A stretch of 64,000 bases of DNA, taken from an uncultured Chloroflexota bacterium. Its GTDB lineage: Bacteria; Chloroflexota; Dehalococcoidia; Lucifugimonadales; UBA826. The stretch is taken from positions 7,190-71,189 of the forward strand of contig CAJWWP010000003.1 in the NCBI GenBank assembly GCA_913048525.1. Direction: 5' to 3'. The notes beneath the pieces are model-generated. The model saw nothing but the letters and a program-made list of their open reading frames with translations, did not search any database and was not told the DNA's origin. Numbering within the stretch: the first letter of the stretch is position 1; every line of letters starts with the position of its first letter. The position numbers and the translations under genes were made by a program. Of this stretch, positions 58,897 through 64,000 are shown one piece after another.

Positions 58897-60534
58897 TTGG
58901 GTGCAAGCCTTAAGAAATTTAAGAGTTTTATTGTTCTCAGCGTTCAAAGTTTCAAAGCTTTATATATGAATACCTTTTTGCCGGTCCAAATGAAAATAGT
59001 TATTTCTTTGTTGGTTGTGCTCCTTGGATTCAGCATGTTTGTCCCATCTGTGTTCGCCCATGGTTTTGGTGAGCGATATGATCTGCCTATTCCTTTACAT
59101 TATTTCTTAGTCGGCGCATCAGCTACGGTGGCCCTCTCATTTGTGGTCATAGGTTGGGTTATTCGGCAAGGAGGAACTACATCCGAATATCCCCGGTTAA
59201 ATTTATGGGAAAATTTTGTTTTTAGAGTTATTGCTCGATGTTTCTCGATGTTCGTGGGAATATTGTCTGTGTTCCTTCTGGTCTTGACGGTTGTGTCAGG
59301 TATATATGGCACGGAAGATGCTCTAGAAAACTTCTCTCCCACATTCGTGTGGATAATCTGGTGGGTTGGTATAGGGTATTTGGTCGCATTCATGGGTAAT
59401 GTTTGGGCAATTGCGAATCCCTGGCAACTGATTTTTACATGGTTGGAAGCGATCCTAGGTGTGAAGGGGTCTCCAAAGTTCCGATGGCCGAGTTGGTTGG
59501 ATGCTTGGCCTGCATTGCTGGGGTTCTTTTTCTTTGTGTGGATAGAGAATGTCTTTCCTGGAGGGTCTAGGCCAAACTCACTGGCCTGGATTATTGTGAC
59601 TTACTCTTTTACCACGTGGATGGGGATGCTTCTATTCGGGAAATATGTATGGCTGAAACGAGGAGACCCTTTTTCTGTTTTGTTCGCTCTCTTTGCTCGC
59701 TTTTCTCCCACTGAAGTTAGAGTTGCGATGGGTGGTAATAAAAATGTTTGTGTTATTTGTAATTCGGGATGTTCTGCGAATGCCGGCGAAAAATCTGACC
59801 TTCAAGGATGTGTTGACTGCTATGAATGTTGGGAGTTGGCTGATGACGCCCACAAGGAGTTCTCTATTCGCCCTTGGGCCGTTGGATTATCAAGGGGTGA
59901 GAGGGTGTCCCCAGCGGTGGTGGCCTTTCATATCACGGCCCTAGCCTCTGTCACATTCGACGGATTTTCGGAAACTTCCGGGTGGGTTGCGATCCAAACA
60001 TTATTATGGCCCTTCGTGGATCCTATTCCCGGCTCAGCTATTCAAACGATTGAATCTCTAGGTATTTTATTGGTTCCTCTACTGTTTGCTTCTGTCTACA
60101 TACTTCTTTGTGGCAGAGTTTCTCGCCTTTCTGGGGATGAAATGCCGGAAGGGGAGGTGATACGGAGTTTTGTATTCTCATTGGTTCCGATAGCACTGGC
60201 ATATAATCTTTCTCATTATTTGTCATTTATTATGATCTCCGGCCAACAGATAATTCCCCTAGTATCGGACCCACTGGGTACGGGGCTTAATATTTTGGGG
60301 ACTGCGGAATATGTTCCCAATATAGGAATAATAGATGCGCGATTAGCCTGGATTGTTTCTGTAACTTCATTGGTGGCGGGTCATATAGTTTCGGTTTATG
60401 TCGCGCATACAATTTCACTAAGAAGAACTAGTAGTCATATTAAGGCTGTGAAAAGTCAGTATCCCATGCTGGTGTTGATGGTTTTTTACACGGCGATCAG
60501 TCTTTGGATCGTCGCACAACCTCTGGTAAATTAG
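58897..60534 (+). CDS. Polytopic membrane protein with Cys-rich loop (FedB-like hypothetical family)
   Basis: AHGFG-RYDLPIP, many TM segments, SLVPIALAY-L-HY, GH---V--AH, QYPMLVLMV-YT; start uncertain. Confidence 0.7.
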   Translation: MGASLKKFKSFIVLSVQSFKALYMNTFLPVQMKIVISLLVVLLGFSMFVPSVFAHGFGERYDLPIPLHYFLVGASATVALSFVVIGWVIRQGGTTSEYPRLNLWENFVFRVIARCFSMFVGILSVFLLVLTVVSGIYGTEDALENFSPTFVWIIWWVGIGYLVAFMGNVWAIANPWQLIFTWLEAILGVKGSPKFRWPSWLDAWPALLGFFFFVWIENVFPGGSRPNSLAWIIVTYSFTTWMGMLLFGKYVWLKRGDPFSVLFALFARFSPTEVRVAMGGNKNVCVICNSGCSANAGEKSDLQGCVDCYECWELADDAHKEFSIRPWAVGLSRGERVSPAVVAFHITALASVTFDGFSETSGWVAIQTLLWPFVDPIPGSAIQTIESLGILLVPLLFASVYILLCGRVSRLSGDEMPEGEVIRSFVFSLVPIALAYNLSHYLSFIMISGQQIIPLVSDPLGTGLNILGTAEYVPNIGIIDARLAWIVSVTSLVAGHIVSVYVAHTISLRRTSSHIKAVKSQYPMLVLMVFYTAISLWIVAQPLVN

Positions 60535-60802
60535 TGCTTGTTCTAGGAAGAGGAATAATTTGCCGTTTTGGCCAATTGCCCTAGTGACATCAGTTTCAAA
60601 AAAGATCAGTGCCCAGAAATCTCAGTATTAAAGAACGGCTTAAAGTTCGTCTGAAAAGAATATAACAATAAAAAATGATTCGTTGAGGGAAACGGATCGA
60701 AAGGGATCATTGCCACATCAAGGATCAACCAAATTTATCTTATTACCCCCCCATAGAACAGGGTAAACTGGCCATATTAGGTTATAAAGGGAGGATGTTA
60801 AC

Positions 60803-61030
60803 TTGCAAAATGAACCGGAAACTATAAATCAGTATCAGTGTCCCAAGTGTCAGAATGAATCTTATGAAACGGGAGAAATACGAACTACTGGTGGAGGCTT
60901 ATCAAGATTTCTTGATGTTCAGAATCAGAAATTTATACATATAACCTGCGAAAATTGCGGATACACTGAGTTTTTTAAACGCCGAAGTGGCAAGATGGGA
61001 AATATTCTTGATATGTTCATAGGTGGCTAG
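60803..61030 (+). CDS. Zinc-ribbon protein (DUF2082-like)
   Basis: CPKC...LSRFLDVQ...CENCGYTEF; GGGAGG RBS. Confidence 0.85.
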   Translation: MQNEPETINQYQCPKCQNESYETGEIRTTGGGLSRFLDVQNQKFIHITCENCGYTEFFKRRSGKMGNILDMFIGG

Positions 61031-61056
61031 GGCCGCAACAAAGTGAGGGAAATCTA

Positions 61057-62148
61057 ATGTCAGGTAGAAAAGTCACAATCATGGGAGGAGGTAATACTGC
61101 TTTCTCAGTCGCTGCACGTCTTAGTCATATAGGAAATGAAATTTGTATTCTCGAGCATCCCGAATTTGCGGAGAGTGTAGATCAAATTTCAAGGACCGGG
61201 CATATCACTCTTGAGGGTGTTATGGAGAATGGACCAGCAGCTATATCCCTTGTGACTCTTGATCCATCTGAAGCCCTCGCGTTCTCTGACTTATTACTTT
61301 TGATAGTTCCGGCCTATGCTCATAGACCTTTTGCGGAGTTCACTGGTCCTTATCTCACTTCTGACCATACAGTAGTGGTTATGCCAGGGACTTTGGGATC
61401 TTTGGAATTTTCAGCACTTGCTGCGGAGTTTGGAGTTTCTGACATAACTGTGGCCGAGGTTGATACAGCTCCCTACGTGTGCCGCAAAACCTCTGAAGGG
61501 AGCGCGATTATATGGGGGGAAGTATCCTCTCTGGGATTGGGAGTTTTTCCATCAGCGAGGACGAGTAACGTCGTTTCTGATTTGAAACCTCTTTTTCCGG
61601 GAATTTCACCATATGAAGATGCACTGCAATGTGGATTGTCTTCAATGAATCCAGTTGTTCATCCGGCGGGGGTGTTGATGAATGCTGGGAGGGTTGAATA
61701 TTCGAGGGGAGAATTCTATTTTTATGAGGAGGGCGTTTCAGAGAGTGTTGCAAAGGTTATAGAGGCTGTTGATGAAGAAAGGATGACTGTGGGCAGAGAA
61801 CTAGGGTACGAGTTGACACCTGTCGGAAAAGCTTTCCACGAGGCTGGTTTTGGGCCACAAGGAACTCTGTGGGAGGCTATTAATGGAAGCCATATGTTGA
61901 CTAGGCTCAAGGCACCTGGAACTCTGGAAAGTCGCTGGTTGACAGAGGATATTCCCTATGGAATAGCGGCATGGAGCAAACTGGGAACTCAATATGGAGT
62001 CCAAACACCCGTCATAGACGCCTTCGTTGGTATTGGCAGTATTGTTATGGGAATTGACGCTTGGTCAGAAGGTAGAGGGCCGAAGCAACTGGGTCTTGAA
62101 GGAATGACAAAGAAAGAGCTTAAGGAATATCTCAATACAGGTAAATGA
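61057..62148 (+). CDS. NAD/NADP octopine/nopaline (opine) dehydrogenase family protein
   Basis: GGGN Rossmann variant, N---HP, FY-EG, D-ER, R-LTEDIPYG. Confidence 0.88.
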   Translation: MSGRKVTIMGGGNTAFSVAARLSHIGNEICILEHPEFAESVDQISRTGHITLEGVMENGPAAISLVTLDPSEALAFSDLLLLIVPAYAHRPFAEFTGPYLTSDHTVVVMPGTLGSLEFSALAAEFGVSDITVAEVDTAPYVCRKTSEGSAIIWGEVSSLGLGVFPSARTSNVVSDLKPLFPGISPYEDALQCGLSSMNPVVHPAGVLMNAGRVEYSRGEFYFYEEGVSESVAKVIEAVDEERMTVGRELGYELTPVGKAFHEAGFGPQGTLWEAINGSHMLTRLKAPGTLESRWLTEDIPYGIAAWSKLGTQYGVQTPVIDAFVGIGSIVMGIDAWSEGRGPKQLGLEGMTKKELKEYLNTGK

Positions 62149-62388
62149 GAGAAATTTATGCTGGTATATCTGAGGATTGAGAACTGATCTTCCGGATTTG
62201 TATGCATTTATCGTTTGACCCCTATTTATGGCGGACATATAATCTGGTCTGTAGTACGAAGGGTGCATTCGTAGGTCCGTGAGGTAGGTTTTGACTAACC
62301 AGATCACCAACTGGGAGATGGTTTAATTATCCCCGAAGGCCATTATTCAGACCAACATAGGACTCAGAGTCCGATTCCCAATAGAAAA

Positions 62389-63855
62389 GTGGGAGAGACC
62401 TTCGCATCCCCGAATATCCCTGCAGACAATACTCCAATAGAGATTTCCTTGGATGAATATGATGACTCAGCACGAGAGGCGTGTGGAGTGGTGGGTGTGT
62501 ATGCCAGGGGGGAAGAGGCGGCCCGAGCTGTGTTCTTCGGTCTTTATGCTTTGCAGCACAGGGGACAAGAGAGCGCTGGTATAGCTACCAGTGATGGTAG
62601 ATCGATACGAGCTCATACAGAAATGGGTTTAGTCGGACAGGCTTTTCAAGAATACGACCTGTCTAGGTTGCCGGGTTACATGTCTATAGGGCACACACGA
62701 TACTCTACCACCGGCTCGAGTAATATCAGTAATGCCCAGCCCATTATTTCAAAGGGTACAGGTGTGGAGATAGCTCTTGGGCACAATGGGAATGTGATCA
62801 ACGCCTTAGAACTAAGAGAGGAGTTATTTGATTGGGGACTCTCATTTGAATCCACGGCAGATTCTGAAATAATTGCTCATTTAATATCTAATGCTCCTGC
62901 GGATAATTGGTCTGATCGAGCAGCGTATGCGATGCGTAGACTTCAGGGGGCATATTCACTGGTTATTATGACTGTTGATAAACTTGTCGGAATACGAGAT
63001 CCGCTGGGAGTAAGGCCTTTATGCATAGGGCGTTTAAATGGGGGTTGGGTGTTGGCTTCTGAATCTTGTGCTCTTGATCATATAGGGGCGGATTATGTCC
63101 GTGAAGTGGAGCCTGGCGAAGCTGTAGTTATTGATGATGATGGGCTTAAGTCTGTGTACAAGAAGTCATCAAATGGATCTTTTGGCAATTGCGTCTTTGA
63201 GCAAATTTATTTTGCTAGGCCTGACAGCATTCTGGATGGTTCCCTCGTGTATTCAAGCAGGATGGCGATGGGGGCGGAACTGGCGAAAGAATTTCCAGTG
63301 GACGCTGATGTTGTTATTGGTGTCCCCGACTCGGCTACCGCTGGAGCGGTAGGTTATTCCCAGGAATCTGGAATCCCGTTCACTGAAGGTCTTGTGAAGA
63401 ACAGGTATGTAGGACGCACCTTTATATTACCTGACCAGCGACTCCGTGAATTGGGTGTTCGGCGTAAGTTAAACTACTTGCCTCAAATTCTGGAGGGAAA
63501 GAAAGTTGTGGTCGTAGACGACAGTATCGTTCGGGGTACAACGACACCTCACGTTGTTAAACTATTGAGAAAGGGGGGAGCGAAGGAAATCCATTTGCGT
63601 ATCTGCGCCCCTCCGATTATATCCCCCTGTCATTTTGGGGTTGATCTAGCCACTAAGGATGAGCTTCTGGCAGCCAACATGTCAGTGGATGAAATGTGTG
63701 ATTTTTTAGAGGCCGACTCATTGGGGTTTTTGAGCCCGGAGGGTTTGATGAAATCGGTTTCTGGGAATAGAAACAAGTATTGTATGGGGTGTTTTACGGG
63801 AGAATATCCAATACCTGTTCAACTCGAAATGGATAAGTTAGTTTTAGAAGCCTGA
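62389..63855 (+). CDS. purF: Amidophosphoribosyltransferase (propeptide, Fe-S type)
   Basis: EACGVVG, LQHRGQESAG, GHTRYST, VDDSIVRGTT, C-terminal C--CF-G-YP. Confidence 0.97.
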   Translation: MGETFASPNIPADNTPIEISLDEYDDSAREACGVVGVYARGEEAARAVFFGLYALQHRGQESAGIATSDGRSIRAHTEMGLVGQAFQEYDLSRLPGYMSIGHTRYSTTGSSNISNAQPIISKGTGVEIALGHNGNVINALELREELFDWGLSFESTADSEIIAHLISNAPADNWSDRAAYAMRRLQGAYSLVIMTVDKLVGIRDPLGVRPLCIGRLNGGWVLASESCALDHIGADYVREVEPGEAVVIDDDGLKSVYKKSSNGSFGNCVFEQIYFARPDSILDGSLVYSSRMAMGAELAKEFPVDADVVIGVPDSATAGAVGYSQESGIPFTEGLVKNRYVGRTFILPDQRLRELGVRRKLNYLPQILEGKKVVVVDDSIVRGTTTPHVVKLLRKGGAKEIHLRICAPPIISPCHFGVDLATKDELLAANMSVDEMCDFLEADSLGFLSPEGLMKSVSGNRNKYCMGCFTGEYPIPVQLEMDKLVLEA

Positions 63856-63875
63856 GCCTTTAGGATTTAGCAAGA

Positions 63876-64000
63876 TTGCCAGATTTTTCTCAGGGTCCTA
63901 TAAATTTAGGGATAATGGCTTCTCATGGGGGAACGAACCTTCAAGCCATAATGGATGCTTGTGCGACCGGGGGTATTTACGGGAGTGTAAGAGTTGTTGT
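63876..64000 (+). CDS. purN: Phosphoribosylglycinamide formyltransferase, N-terminus only (cut by window edge)
   Basis: Not in the ORF track; translates MPDFSQGPINLGIMASHGGTNLQAIMDAC..., the PurN S-x-G-T/S-N-L-QA motif, 20 nt after purF. Confidence 0.8.
   Translation, partial: MPDFSQGPINLGIMASHGGTNLQAIMDACATGGIYGSVRVV

Noticed and set aside
62150..62388. Possible ZMP/ZTP, PRPP or purine riboswitch upstream of purF
   Set aside because: Some short hairpins are present, but I could not find the conserved motifs of these riboswitch classes.

Overview
A 64-kb core-chromosome segment of a bacterium whose gene content resembles marine SAR202 / Dehalococcoidia (Chloroflexota); this is inferred from 4 luciferase-like monooxygenases, 4 class III CoA-transferase genes, 2 enolase-superfamily enzymes, 5 MFS transporters and a DUF1800/DUF1501 pair. 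Housekeeping genes (obgE, rdgB, moaA, pth, trpB, purF, purN, tRNA-Thr) are mixed with catabolic paralogues. Main observations beyond the ORF track: (1) two ORFs at 24.5-26.2 kb read as one 546-aa selenoprotein (in-frame UGA in a UGTC motif, SECIS-like hairpin 11 nt downstream) heading an apparent operon with a split class III CoA-transferase; (2) a 5'-truncated, decayed tRNA-Sec next to tRNA-Thr; (3) a probable oriC (DnaA boxes, DnaA-trios, strand-skew switch) upstream of obgE with no dnaA in the window; (4) an RNase HI-MoaC fusion; (5) a ~115-nt rod-like candidate structured RNA; (6) a probable metal-handling cluster. No CRISPR array, integrase, transposase or rRNA was seen. All family calls come from motif recognition by eye, not from database searches.
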